This document shows positions 18,392-28,155 of a DNA stretch of 45,691 nt, piece by piece. The notes under the pieces are model-generated. The model was not told where the DNA came from. It worked only from the letters and a program-made list of their open reading frames with translations, and did no database searches. The position numbers were made by a program, and so were the translations under genes. Source of the DNA: a virus (lineage: Duplodnaviria > Heunggongvirae > Uroviricota > Caudoviricetes); IMG/VR virus record IMGVR_UViG_2531839130_000007, positions 1-45,691 of that record; one strand, given 5' to 3'. Every line of letters begins with the position of its first letter. The first letter of the stretch is position 1.

Positions 18392-18517
18392 TCTCCTGTA
18401 AGGGCAGAATATTTCGCTGAAAAATGAAAGGGCGCCATTGTCCAAGAGGCATGAAATTCTGTTATCTAATCTGGTTGATATATGAATGTGGGGGATGCTC
18501 TTCTCCCCCACTGAAGG

Positions 18518-18730
18518 TTAGCCTACCTTACGGTATGGATACACATTTTTAATGAATTGGTGAAAATACTGGCCTTTTGAACTGGCATTCATAAGACCCT
18601 GATAGATCCTGGATGGAACACCAGAGTATTGATAGATACCTCCATTGTGAAAGGCTATTTCCAGTGTGAGAGTTGCTGAATCATACCCAACTGACTGGAG
18701 ATTTGATGATGAAACATAATTACGAATCAA
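18518..18730 (-). CDS. KTSC-domain protein
   Basis: 70 aa with pattern SSNLQSVGYD...LEIAFHNGGIYQYSGVP..YQGL..ASSKGQYF..IK typical of KTSC domains; TTG start with GAGGA upstream. Confidence 0.5.
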   Translation of the reverse strand: MIRNYVSSSNLQSVGYDSATLTLEIAFHNGGIYQYSGVPSRIYQGLMNASSKGQYFHQFIKNVYPYRKVG

Positions 18731-18885
18731 AACAATATCCTCATATTGCGGGGAAAAGTCCCAATGAAATTATTGATATATTTCGGCGTTATAACTTTGT
18801 CGATGATCATGGTCATCGTCTTGAAATGTGCCAGGACTTCATTGACTTAGTTAATGCGAAATCACAACAACATCAGGATGGTTAG
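18706..18885 (+). CDS. Small hypothetical protein, divergent from and overlapping the KTSC gene start
   Basis: 59 aa from ATG 18706 (GGAG upstream); head-to-head overlap of 25 bp with the KTSC start, so one of the two starts may be wrong. Confidence 0.35.
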   Translation: MMKHNYESKQYPHIAGKSPNEIIDIFRRYNFVDDHGHRLEMCQDFIDLVNAKSQQHQDG

Positions 18886-19151
18886 GCATTACAGCAGCTC
18901 TTCTGTGAGGGGCTGCGATAATGCCAAAGCTCGTCATCGGCACCCGCCGCGCACCCAGCGCACTGGCCGATAGCGGGCTTTTTTATTCATAAAGCGAGGC
19001 TGTATGAGCGAGAAATTTTTATGCGTCCATCCGTAAGGGCAGAGCGAAAGGTGAAGCCGAGCTACGGGCGGCATTGTTTAAGCTTGCCAGAAAAGGGGAT
19101 GCCTTTGCCCTGCGCGAACTACTCAGGGTGGATAAAAATCAGGACTAACTG

Positions 19152-20243
19152 ATGAGCAGACCGGACTGGGGGGCGTTGCAGCAGGAGTATATTGCTGAAT
19201 ACACCCGCTCCGGTATATCTCCGGTGGCATGGTGTGAAGCAAGGGGACTGAATTACGCAACGGCCCGTCGTTACATCAAAAAACCTCCGAAAAATGCGCA
19301 GACAGAAATGCGCAAAACTGCGCAAAAAAGTGCGCAGAAAAAATCTGCGCAGACTGCGCAAAAGCAGAACGGAAAATCTCAGAAAAAAAAGCCAGTATCC
19401 GATGCGTGCCTGAATAAGGGCGACACGGAGGAATTTTCGTTCTGTCCCGATGAATTCGGCATCTCAGAGCAGCAGACGAAATTTGCGATGCTGGTTGCAC
19501 AGGGGAGAAAACTCGTTGAGGCATATCGCCTGGCAGGATACGAGTCAGAGGGGAATGCGGCCTACGTCACTGCCAGCCAGCTCCTAAGAAATCCTAAGGT
19601 TTATCGGGCTATCTCATGGTTCCGCAATCAGTACCAGAAACGCTATACCGCAGACCTAGATTTACTGGTGAGTCAGTTGATGGCCATTGTCCAGGCCGAC
19701 CCCAATCAGTTGGCACAATTTCGCCGTGTTAACTGCCGTTATTGCTGGGGCGAGAATCATCTCTACCAGTGGCGTGATATTGCAGAATTCGATAAGGCAG
19801 CAGCACAGGCCTCCAGAGATGGCAAACCCGAGCCGGAATATGGAGGCCTCGGCTTTGTTGATAACGCCATACCCAATCCGGATTGTCCGAAGTGCTGCGG
19901 TGAGGGAACGGGACAGCTTTATATGGCTGATACCACTCTGCTTGATGGGGATGCGCGACAATTATATGCAGGGGCAAAGCTCGGGAAATTTGGTGTTGAG
20001 ATCCTGCTGGAGGATAAGGCTGCCGCCCGGCGCGAACTTATCAAGCTGATAATGGCGACGAAAGGAGGTTCTGCTAGTGGTGCAACTGACAGTCGCAATG
20101 ATCTGGAGCTTGAAGGACTGAGGCTTCGCAACGAAAAGCTGCGCACTGAGATTGAAAACCTCAAAAAAGGCGTGGGTGGTGAGAATAACGAAATAATTAT
20201 CCACAACTCTCTGCCGATGCCGGGAGTGGATAATGTCGATTGA
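19152..20243 (+). CDS. Terminase small subunit
   Basis: 363 aa immediately upstream of and overlapping the large subunit; HTH-like N-terminus; contains a basic low-complexity stretch encoded by a TGCGCA repeat array. Confidence 0.65.
   Translation: MSRPDWGALQQEYIAEYTRSGISPVAWCEARGLNYATARRYIKKPPKNAQTEMRKTAQKSAQKKSAQTAQKQNGKSQKKKPVSDACLNKGDTEEFSFCPDEFGISEQQTKFAMLVAQGRKLVEAYRLAGYESEGNAAYVTASQLLRNPKVYRAISWFRNQYQKRYTADLDLLVSQLMAIVQADPNQLAQFRRVNCRYCWGENHLYQWRDIAEFDKAAAQASRDGKPEPEYGGLGFVDNAIPNPDCPKCCGEGTGQLYMADTTLLDGDARQLYAGAKLGKFGVEILLEDKAAARRELIKLIMATKGGSASGATDSRNDLELEGLRLRNEKLRTEIENLKKGVGGENNEIIIHNSLPMPGVDNVD
19295..19360. repeat. Array of six TGCGCA hexamers at 9-15 bp spacing inside the terminase small-subunit gene
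   Basis: TGCGCA at 19295, 19309, 19319, 19331, 19346 and 19355; the hexamer is its own reverse complement. Confidence 0.8.
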
Positions 20244-21561
20244 AATCTACCTCCCAAAACCTCATGAGGGGCAAATAGCTGCATGGACGGCGGCAATAGA
20301 GGAACGCTTCCACGCGGTATGCTGTGGTCGTCGCTGGGGTAAAACGGTGATGCTGGTGAACATCGCTACCAGTTTCGCTACGCGGAAATTTGCCGTTCCT
20401 ACCACCGGGCAACTTATCGCGGGTAGGGTGGGGATTTTTACCGCTCAATACCGCCAGTACCAGGAAATCTGGGATGAAATTAGCGCCGTTCTGCAACCGC
20501 TGATCCTCAGTCAGTCAAAAAATGAAAAGCGCATCATTCTCCGTAATGGGGGGCGCATCGACTTTTGGGTAACGGACAATAACAAACTGGCCGGGCGTGG
20601 GCGTAAATATCACGCTGTGCTGATTGATGAGGCCGCATTCACTAAATCGCCGGAAATGCTCGAGGAAATCTGGCCCCGAGCGATACGCCCGACGCTTGTC
20701 GATTACCGCGGCTGTGCGTGGGTATTTTCCACACCAAACGGTATCGACGAGAGCAATTTTTTCTACGCGATATGCCACGATGAATCCCTGGGATTTGTCA
20801 TGCACCATGCGCCAACTTCATCGAATCCGTATATTCCGAAAGAAGAACTGGAGGAAACGGAGAAAAAATCCGATCCGCGCGTCTGGCAGCAGGAATATCT
20901 TGCAGAGTTCGTAGACTGGTCCAAAGACGCGTTACTCGATGTCGATAAGCTGCTGGTGGACGGTCAACCAATTGAGATGCCGCCGTACTGCGACATGATT
21001 TTCGCAGTGATGGATACGGCGCTGAAAGGCGGGACCGAAAATGATGGTACTGGCGTGGTGTATTTCTCTTATGAGTCAACGTATTCGGACGAGCCAAAAC
21101 TGACGATTATTGACTGGGATGTGACGCAAATTAAAGCGTCATTGCTTCCTGAATATATCCCCGGCGTTTATGACAACCTCGAGCGCCTCGCGAAATTATG
21201 CCGTCCGCGTCTGGGCAGTCAGGGAATTTTTATGGAAGACGCCGCGATGGGGGCAATCCTCAACCAGAAGGCGGAAACCGAAGGCTGGGATATGACGCCG
21301 ATTAAATCGACACTAACCAGCAAGGGCAAAGACGAACGGGCGGTGATGGCATCCAGCTACCACTATCAGGGGATGTGCAAAATCGTCCGGGAGGCTTACG
21401 ACAAGACCGTTTCATTCAAACGTACCACCGCAAACCACCTCATTAAACAAATCGCCGGGTTCCACCTGGCAGACAAAGACGCGCATAAACGTGCTGATGA
21501 CCTTTTCGATTGTTATACCTATGGATTGATCATCGCACACGGTAATTACGCGGCGTTGTAA
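20233..21561 (+). CDS. Terminase large subunit
   Basis: 442 aa; Walker A-like CCGRRWGKT, Walker B-like HAVLIDEAA, nuclease-like C-terminal half. Confidence 0.85.
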   Translation: MSIEIYLPKPHEGQIAAWTAAIEERFHAVCCGRRWGKTVMLVNIATSFATRKFAVPTTGQLIAGRVGIFTAQYRQYQEIWDEISAVLQPLILSQSKNEKRIILRNGGRIDFWVTDNNKLAGRGRKYHAVLIDEAAFTKSPEMLEEIWPRAIRPTLVDYRGCAWVFSTPNGIDESNFFYAICHDESLGFVMHHAPTSSNPYIPKEELEETEKKSDPRVWQQEYLAEFVDWSKDALLDVDKLLVDGQPIEMPPYCDMIFAVMDTALKGGTENDGTGVVYFSYESTYSDEPKLTIIDWDVTQIKASLLPEYIPGVYDNLERLAKLCRPRLGSQGIFMEDAAMGAILNQKAETEGWDMTPIKSTLTSKGKDERAVMASSYHYQGMCKIVREAYDKTVSFKRTTANHLIKQIAGFHLADKDAHKRADDLFDCYTYGLIIAHGNYAAL

Positions 21562-21576
21562 AAAATCAGGATATTT

Positions 21577-23016
21577 TTGATGGCAGAGATCGAGATTACT
21601 GGCGGCCTCGGTTCAGCACTGATGCATATTCTTGAGGCTGAAGAAATTAAGCCGGGAACCGACACTGGCTATGAATTGTGTAAGCAGCTGTGGCAATTCC
21701 ATCCTCTGGGCGGAAAACTTGTCGAAAAACCCATACTGATGGCAATGTGTAAGCCGCGCCAGTATAACGTGGAGACAGATCCTGACGAGCGGGTTGTGCG
21801 GCGTTTTCAGGAGGTATGGGAACGTATGAAGGTCAACGAGAAGATTAAAAATCTGTTTTTTCTGTCTCGTTGCTACGGTGCCGCAGCGATCGGCGTGGGC
21901 ACCGACAGCGTTCCATGTCGTGAACCGCTTCCGACGTTCGGACTGACAGAAGATGACGTGTATATCAACGCGTGGGACCCGTTGAACGCTTCCGGTTCGA
22001 TGGTGACTGACCAGAACCCCAACAGCCCGTTTTTCCAGGAAGCCAATAAAAAAATGAAGATTGGTGGGAAAGACTGGCATCCGTCACGCACACTGAAAAT
22101 CTTCAACGGCACACCGATTTATCTGGAGTTTCAGAGTTCATCGTTCGGATTCACCGGACGAAGTGTGTTTCAGCGCGTTCTTTATTCCCTGAAATCCTAT
22201 ATCAACACGATGGAGGCGAATGATCTCGTCAGCCAGAAGGCAGGCGTACTGGTGGCTAAAGTTGTGCAGAACGGTTCGAAACTTGACGGGATCATGGCTG
22301 CCGCCACGGGACGAAAAAGGGAAAATGTCAAAGAGGCAAAAAATAAAGGTGTGCTTAGTATCGGGAAAGATGAGGACGTTACCTCGCTGAATTTACAAAA
22401 CATCGATGGCGCGCTAAATGCCGCCCGCGACAACATTATTTCCGATATTGCATCAGGTAGCGATGTTCCCGCGATTCTCATCAAGGAGGAGGCTTTCTCG
22501 AATGGTTTCGGTGAAGGAACTGAGGACTCGAAAGCTATCAGCCAGTATATCGATGGTGTGCGCCAGCAGATTGAACCCGTGATGGATTATTTCGAACGCC
22601 TGGTGCAGTACATCGCCTGGAACGAGGAATTTTATCAGTCGCTGAAAAATGATTACCCGGACATCATAACTGACGACTATAAAACCACGTTTTACCAGTG
22701 GCGACGTGAATTTACCGCGACGTGGCAGGAGCTGGTGGAGGAGTCGCCGGACAAACGCCGGGAAAGCGACAGTAAAGTGATTCAACAGGCGATAGCACTT
22801 TTCTCTGCCGTGTCGCCACAGGTTGATCCTGAAAACCGTGCCGCCGTCACTGAATGGCTGGCAAGCCTTGTTAATGCCACGCAAACCTATGGCGCAGCTC
22901 CACTCATCATTGATGTGGACGCGCTGGCGAATTATGAACCACCGAAGCAGGAGACGCCTGATGGCAATTTCCAGCCGGGCGGTGAGGAAGAAGAAACGGA
23001 TCAGAACGCTGTATGA
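21577..23016 (+). CDS. Portal protein
   Basis: 479 aa directly after the terminase large subunit; acidic C-terminal tail. Confidence 0.65.
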   Translation: MMAEIEITGGLGSALMHILEAEEIKPGTDTGYELCKQLWQFHPLGGKLVEKPILMAMCKPRQYNVETDPDERVVRRFQEVWERMKVNEKIKNLFFLSRCYGAAAIGVGTDSVPCREPLPTFGLTEDDVYINAWDPLNASGSMVTDQNPNSPFFQEANKKMKIGGKDWHPSRTLKIFNGTPIYLEFQSSSFGFTGRSVFQRVLYSLKSYINTMEANDLVSQKAGVLVAKVVQNGSKLDGIMAAATGRKRENVKEAKNKGVLSIGKDEDVTSLNLQNIDGALNAARDNIISDIASGSDVPAILIKEEAFSNGFGEGTEDSKAISQYIDGVRQQIEPVMDYFERLVQYIAWNEEFYQSLKNDYPDIITDDYKTTFYQWRREFTATWQELVEESPDKRRESDSKVIQQAIALFSAVSPQVDPENRAAVTEWLASLVNATQTYGAAPLIIDVDALANYEPPKQETPDGNFQPGGEEEETDQNAV

Positions 23017-23794
23017 GGTTCTGACGGATGCCGTTAACTACTACGTAAATCACGGGTGGGATAGCGAAAAATCATTGCTCGAATGGTGCCGGAAACTCCG
23101 TGTAGCCGCTCAGCGAGAAACCCCTGATGATACCGTAGCCAGAAAACATCTCACCGCTATCTACAGCCGTCTTGTCATCGACGGCGGGGCATTACGGGAT
23201 CAGCCTCCTGACGGCCCTAAAAAAATCACTGTTGAAAAACTGAAACCTGAGTTTCGCAAGGAACTCGACAGGCGAATTTTCGCCAGTGCCAACCTGATAA
23301 AACTCAACCGCGAACAGGCTATCGAGAAAACCATACAGCGTTTTCAGGGGTGGGTTACGTCCATTCCCCCTGACGGGGTGAGCGAAATTGATCGCCGGGA
23401 AGTGAAGGCCGGGTTTCAGAAATCCGTGAAGGATATGGATTTTATCAGTCGTCGGGTGGCAATTGACCAGGGGCATAAGCTGGCAAGCAACGTTAAGTAT
23501 CTGCTGGCTGTTCAGAGTGGAGCGATTGCTCTGCGCTGGCATTCGAACTGGCGGCGTCCGGGCTACAAATACCGACAGGACCACAAAGAGCGCGACGAGA
23601 AAATTTATCTCCTCCGCGATTCGTGGGCACTGGAGCAGGGACTGATTAAGCCCGTATATGGTTTTTATGACGAAATCACTGCTGCCGGGGAGGAGGTTTA
23701 TTGCAGTTGCGATGCTCTGCCGATCTACGCCCCTCAGAAACTACCCGACGAATTTTTAACGGAGAAGGGCAAACGTGAGTTTAACAGAACTTGA
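22961..23794 (+). CDS. Head morphogenesis / minor head protein
   Basis: Start at ATG 22961 (AGGAG upstream), overlapping the portal 3' end; 277 aa; position matches Mu F / SPP1 gp7-type proteins. Confidence 0.5.
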   Translation: MAISSRAVRKKKRIRTLYEVLTDAVNYYVNHGWDSEKSLLEWCRKLRVAAQRETPDDTVARKHLTAIYSRLVIDGGALRDQPPDGPKKITVEKLKPEFRKELDRRIFASANLIKLNREQAIEKTIQRFQGWVTSIPPDGVSEIDRREVKAGFQKSVKDMDFISRRVAIDQGHKLASNVKYLLAVQSGAIALRWHSNWRRPGYKYRQDHKERDEKIYLLRDSWALEQGLIKPVYGFYDEITAAGEEVYCSCDALPIYAPQKLPDEFLTEKGKREFNRT

Positions 23795-25097
23795 AGTGGC
23801 AGAACGCATCAGGGACGGAACCGTACCGTCTCCGGTGAAATTTTCCAACATGTGGCTGGTGAATTTGCGAATAACCGGAACCGGGCTTGCCTATCGCGCC
23901 GGGGAGAAAGAGCACGTCTGGCGTGATCCAAAGCTCTATCTGAATGAGGAGTTTTTAAGGCGATGCAATGGCCTTCCGGTTATCGCAAACCATCCTGATG
24001 ACGCAGTCCTGACGGAGGAGGATTTTAAATCGCGGATCGTCGGTAGTGTCATGCTGCCGTATATCCGGGGTGACGAGGTATGGGCAGTGTGCCGTGTTTA
24101 CCTTCAGAGCATTGTTGAAGAAATCACTGAGGGGGGTGTTTCGACAAGCCCGACGGTGGTGTTCAACAGCACATCAGGAAATGTGGAAGTACAGGAAGGT
24201 GACACCAATTTTTTAATTGAAGGTGTTCCTTTCCTTGTTGATCACATCGCCCTGGTGACGAAAGCCCACGGCTCGCTGGGCGTGTGGGATAAAGACCGGA
24301 TCCCCGCAGGGGTTGAAGTGACAAACACAGGTGAAATCGAGATGAAAAAAGAAGAACTCCAGGCCCTGTTACAGGGGGTGGTGAACGATGCCCTGAGCGG
24401 CATTAATCAGAAAATCGATGGAGTAGTCACGCGCATGGACTCACTGGAACAGCGGGACAAAGCGCGGGCGGATGCCGAAGAGCAGGCGAAAAAAGAGGAC
24501 GAAGAAAAGGCCAAAGCCGATGAAGCCGCAGAGGAACAGCGTAAAGCTGATGAAGATGCGACAAAGAAGGCGGAAGAAAAAGCCAAAGCTGACGAGGCAG
24601 CAGACAAAGATGCTGAGGAGAAAGCAAAGGCTGATTCCGAAGCAGAAGAACAGCGTAAGGCCGACGAGGAGGCAGAAAAAGAACGCAATGATTCTGCCCT
24701 GGCAGAAGCACAGGCAAAAGCCGACTCCGCATTCAGTGCCTGCGGTAAAAACGCGCCAGCACCGTTTTCTGGCGAAAATGCGCTGGACTACCGTAAGCGT
24801 GCGCTAATCGCTATGCAGAAACACTCTCCGGCACATAAGGACGTCAATATTCGCGCGATAGCGGATTCTGCAACGCTGGCTGTGCTTGAGGACGCAATTT
24901 TCAGTGCCGCCCGTCAGTCCATCGAAAAAGAAATGATGAGCACGCAGGGGCAACTGCATAAACGTATCCGCAGCGACGAAGCCGGACGTCGCATTACTGA
25001 ATATCAGGGTGATCCGAACGTCTGGTTGGGTGCCTTCAAAATTCCGGGGCGTCGTCTGGCAAAAATTAACACTCAAGGGAGCCTGAACAATGGCTGA
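23775..25097 (+). CDS. Putative scaffolding (possibly protease-scaffold) protein with K/E/A-rich repeats
   Basis: 440 aa; central tandem AEEKAKADEAA-type repeats (24470-24690) typical of scaffold proteins; lies between portal/minor head and capsid genes. Confidence 0.5.
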   Translation: MSLTELEVAERIRDGTVPSPVKFSNMWLVNLRITGTGLAYRAGEKEHVWRDPKLYLNEEFLRRCNGLPVIANHPDDAVLTEEDFKSRIVGSVMLPYIRGDEVWAVCRVYLQSIVEEITEGGVSTSPTVVFNSTSGNVEVQEGDTNFLIEGVPFLVDHIALVTKAHGSLGVWDKDRIPAGVEVTNTGEIEMKKEELQALLQGVVNDALSGINQKIDGVVTRMDSLEQRDKARADAEEQAKKEDEEKAKADEAAEEQRKADEDATKKAEEKAKADEAADKDAEEKAKADSEAEEQRKADEEAEKERNDSALAEAQAKADSAFSACGKNAPAPFSGENALDYRKRALIAMQKHSPAHKDVNIRAIADSATLAVLEDAIFSAARQSIEKEMMSTQGQLHKRIRSDEAGRRITEYQGDPNVWLGAFKIPGRRLAKINTQGSLNNG

Positions 25098-25707
25098 TAT
25101 TAACTTTCATCCGTTTAAAAACCGTGGAGCATTTGGTGGCCTTTTTAACGTCGAATCCCGTGGGCTGATGCAGGGGGATGCGCAGGATGATCCGGCAATT
25201 CGTCTGCAACTTTGCTCCGGTCGACTGGACAGCAAAATCACTGATCCGGTATGGGGTGGCGTTGGAGTTATGGAGTGCATTGCTCCCGCGAAAGACAGCG
25301 TTAACGGCGCGGTAATTAAGCAGGCTACACAAAACGCATGTAACGCCTTTACGGTCTTTAATCAGGCATTTCATGGTATTACCACGCCGGATAATCCGGT
25401 GCCGTTATATCTCGCGGGTGGCTTTGTTCACTATTACCGCGTTGGCTCAGGCGCCCGCATTCCTCTCCCGGTCAGTGCAGAAGTTGTTGCGTTGGCTGAT
25501 GGCAATAACACCGTTGCTGCCAGTGGCTTTGTGTGGGACCTGACGAAAAACATGGTTGATGTTTATTCGGGATCACCCGGCGCTAATCCGAAAGTGGATA
25601 TTAAGCTGCTGATGGTTTCAGTTGACGGAAACCTGACGGTGAAAAAAGAGGATGGCGGTAACGTTGTCTGGGAAATCGGCAAACCGTGCGGCCTGTTTTT
25701 AATTTAA
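25090..25707 (+). CDS. Hypothetical head protein
   Basis: 205 aa between scaffold and major capsid genes. Confidence 0.4.
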   Translation: MADINFHPFKNRGAFGGLFNVESRGLMQGDAQDDPAIRLQLCSGRLDSKITDPVWGGVGVMECIAPAKDSVNGAVIKQATQNACNAFTVFNQAFHGITTPDNPVPLYLAGGFVHYYRVGSGARIPLPVSAEVVALADGNNTVAASGFVWDLTKNMVDVYSGSPGANPKVDIKLLMVSVDGNLTVKKEDGGNVVWEIGKPCGLFLI

Positions 25708-25721
25708 GGGGATATTAATTA

Positions 25722-26750
25722 ATGAGTGCATTTACTCCTGCGACTACTATTGTGTCGCCGTCAATGGTGCTGCCGGAAATGATCGTGCAACAGAGCATGG
25801 CTTCCGGTGCGTTTGAAGTCCTGGCTGGCGGTGCTCCAGCGGTAAAAATTAGTTCCAGTGATTTGATGGTCTATCAGAAATATCTGCGCATGACCTCGCA
25901 GGCGCAGGTCGGCCAGTCTCTGCCGGGCCAGTTACCGTCTTCCAGTATCTCTGGCGGCTATGACGGGATGATGACTTACCGAATTTCTTCCCGCTCGCAA
26001 TACAGCTATCTCGATACTGATGCAGCAGATCGCTGGGGCTATTCTCTGATTGAAGGCCTGCGCCTGGCTAACCGTCAGGGACACGCTCAAATGTTGCGTA
26101 ATATGCTGCTGTATGGCGTGAATGCAGCTAATAACGAGGGGATCACCAACTCCCCGAACGCAGTGACGCTGAATCTGGGCAACGACAGCAAAGGGAATGA
26201 TTCATATACCACCTGGGATTCCGGTGAGATGGCTAAATTTATGCTTGGCCTGATTGCTGACCAGAAAACCCGCATGTTGCTGCTGGGACAGCCATTAACG
26301 ACTGTTATTCTAAGCCCACAGCGATTCATGAAGGCGCTGGAGTGGACAGGAATTGTTGAGCTGACCAGTTACCAGCGTCCTGGTGGTGGTACCGGAACGG
26401 TGGGAACGATGGTTAAAGACGTCGCCGATAAGGCGACAGGTGATGACATCATTTTCTGCCAGGACGACACGCTGATTGGTAAAGGCGCTGGTGGTAATGA
26501 CCTGATCATCGTTACGAACCCGACGATTGAGGTTCCGGAAGCGCGTCACACCATTAACACCAATATTTTCTCCACGCTGGTACCTAACCAGCAGGCCGTC
26601 AACGTGATGTTCTGTGATATGGCAGCGCCGACGGAAATTCCGTCCCCTATGCCGGATGGCGGCATGACCACGTTGTATACCATGCGTGCGACGCCGGGCT
26701 GGAACTTCCGCCCTGAGGGGATCACCCTGTTGTCTGCCAAATACGCATAA
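25722..26750 (+). CDS. Major capsid protein (putative)
   Basis: 342 aa, strong-looking SD (GGGGATATTAATTA ATG), located after the scaffold. Confidence 0.6.
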   Translation: MSAFTPATTIVSPSMVLPEMIVQQSMASGAFEVLAGGAPAVKISSSDLMVYQKYLRMTSQAQVGQSLPGQLPSSSISGGYDGMMTYRISSRSQYSYLDTDAADRWGYSLIEGLRLANRQGHAQMLRNMLLYGVNAANNEGITNSPNAVTLNLGNDSKGNDSYTTWDSGEMAKFMLGLIADQKTRMLLLGQPLTTVILSPQRFMKALEWTGIVELTSYQRPGGGTGTVGTMVKDVADKATGDDIIFCQDDTLIGKGAGGNDLIIVTNPTIEVPEARHTINTNIFSTLVPNQQAVNVMFCDMAAPTEIPSPMPDGGMTTLYTMRATPGWNFRPEGITLLSAKYA

Positions 26751-26765
26751 ACGTTCAATCTGATA

Positions 26766-27278
26766 ATGCGGGGAGCTAAATGCTCCCCTTTTTTGTGGGA
26801 AAAATTTATGAAGCTCTACATCGCTAACTGCTCACGTCAGCCGCACACGTTCAACTACAAACTCCCCGAAAAAACGCAGTCGTTCGGTGTGACAATTCCG
26901 TCCGGACGTCAGCATATGATCGAAAATCAGTCCGATATTATCGACCACATCATCCGACAGCATGAGCCTTATGGATTCCAGCGTTGTGACAAGGTGGACA
27001 AGAATTTTTCCGGTATCTGCTATTCCATCGATAAACCTGTGAGCGTCGGTCGCATTGAGGATTGCGCGGAGCAGAAAACGGAAAATCTGGAATCCCTGTC
27101 AGAAGAAATTCTCGCAGCCAGCGCCGTATCGCTGAATAACGCAGTGGATCAGGCAGTGATTCAGAGTGGCGAAAAACCTCAACCGGGTGGTATTGAAATG
27201 GAAATCACCGGGGAAGCGATTAACACTGAACAGGAAAATCCGCCCAGCACAAAGCGAAATATTAAGGTTAAAAAATAA
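26766..27278 (+). CDS. Hypothetical head-tail region protein
   Basis: ORF track; likely true start at ATG 26808. Confidence 0.4.
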   Translation: MRGAKCSPFLWEKFMKLYIANCSRQPHTFNYKLPEKTQSFGVTIPSGRQHMIENQSDIIDHIIRQHEPYGFQRCDKVDKNFSGICYSIDKPVSVGRIEDCAEQKTENLESLSEEILAASAVSLNNAVDQAVIQSGEKPQPGGIEMEITGEAINTEQENPPSTKRNIKVKK

Positions 27279-27718
27279 TGACCTTGCGTCCGTCACTGGA
27301 GGGATTTATTCGCTTTGTTCGTGACGACATGAAAGTACCGGTTCATGCTATTGCTGACGATGATCCGACGCTGGAATGTTGCTTTCAGTCTGCGATGGAG
27401 CTAATCCCTCATGATCAGGGGCTGGAGCGTTTACCCATCATCTATGTGCGAACGGTTTATAACGCTGCCGCCTCATTTCTCCTGAATTTCGCTCCCGGCT
27501 CGTGGTTTGCCGACCTGAGAAAAAAACTCAACATTGGGAAACTGGCTACTGGGCTTGTCAGTGCGGCAGCAGACCAGGGGACATCGGGTTCGATCACCAT
27601 CAGCGATGCGCTGAGTAATCTGTCTTTGCTGGATTTGCAGATGTTACAGGATCCGTATGGACGACAGGTTGTTGCGGTGCTGATGCAGATGGGCACGGTA
27701 TGGGGTTACACGCCATGA
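27278..27718 (+). CDS. Hypothetical head-tail joining protein
   Basis: 146 aa, start overlapping the upstream stop. Confidence 0.4.
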   Translation: MTLRPSLEGFIRFVRDDMKVPVHAIADDDPTLECCFQSAMELIPHDQGLERLPIIYVRTVYNAAASFLLNFAPGSWFADLRKKLNIGKLATGLVSAAADQGTSGSITISDALSNLSLLDLQMLQDPYGRQVVAVLMQMGTVWGYTP

Positions 27719-28155
27719 AACTTTGTTTTGGGGTTATCGACCAGCCGTATGACTACGGCGACGAGCCGGGAAAAACCACGTTTGACGTAGCCTGTGACCT
27801 CGAGGAGCGATACGAAATTTTTACGCACTTCTGGGAAATGCATAAGGACGAGATTATCCAGGAGGCAGGTACTGAACTGGCATACCAGTTGGTCAATCAC
27901 TTCAAGTATAAGGCTCCGCTACCTGGCGAGCATTTTCTGGAAGGGAGCGGGAAGATTTTCCATATTTTTCTTGAAACTGAAGAAATGGCCGGGATGACGA
28001 TTAACGGAAACCCTGTGCCAACTCAGGCCGCGCTACTGGGCGTTAACTCCAGGCTTAAGGATAAATATACCGGAGAGCGGCGTCCGTCATTCATAGACGG
28101 CGGCCTGTTTAAGGGCAGCTTTATAGCGTGGATAGATAATAATGCCGAGTCTTGA
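27700..28155 (+). CDS. Hypothetical head-tail joining protein
   Basis: 151 aa in the packed late operon. Confidence 0.4.
   Translation: MGLHAMKLCFGVIDQPYDYGDEPGKTTFDVACDLEERYEIFTHFWEMHKDEIIQEAGTELAYQLVNHFKYKAPLPGEHFLEGSGKIFHIFLETEEMAGMTINGNPVPTQAALLGVNSRLKDKYTGERRPSFIDGGLFKGSFIAWIDNNAES

Noticed and set aside
24470-24690. Tandem repeats that could be mistaken for a CRISPR array
   Set aside because: Imperfect coding repeats (AEEKAKADEAA units) inside an ORF, without the regular repeat-spacer structure. No CRISPR-like array was seen anywhere in the window.
24407-24807. ORFs in other frames and on the opposite strand over the scaffold K/E/A repeat region
   Set aside because: Artefacts of the tandem repeat; only the scaffold frame is continuous with its flanks.
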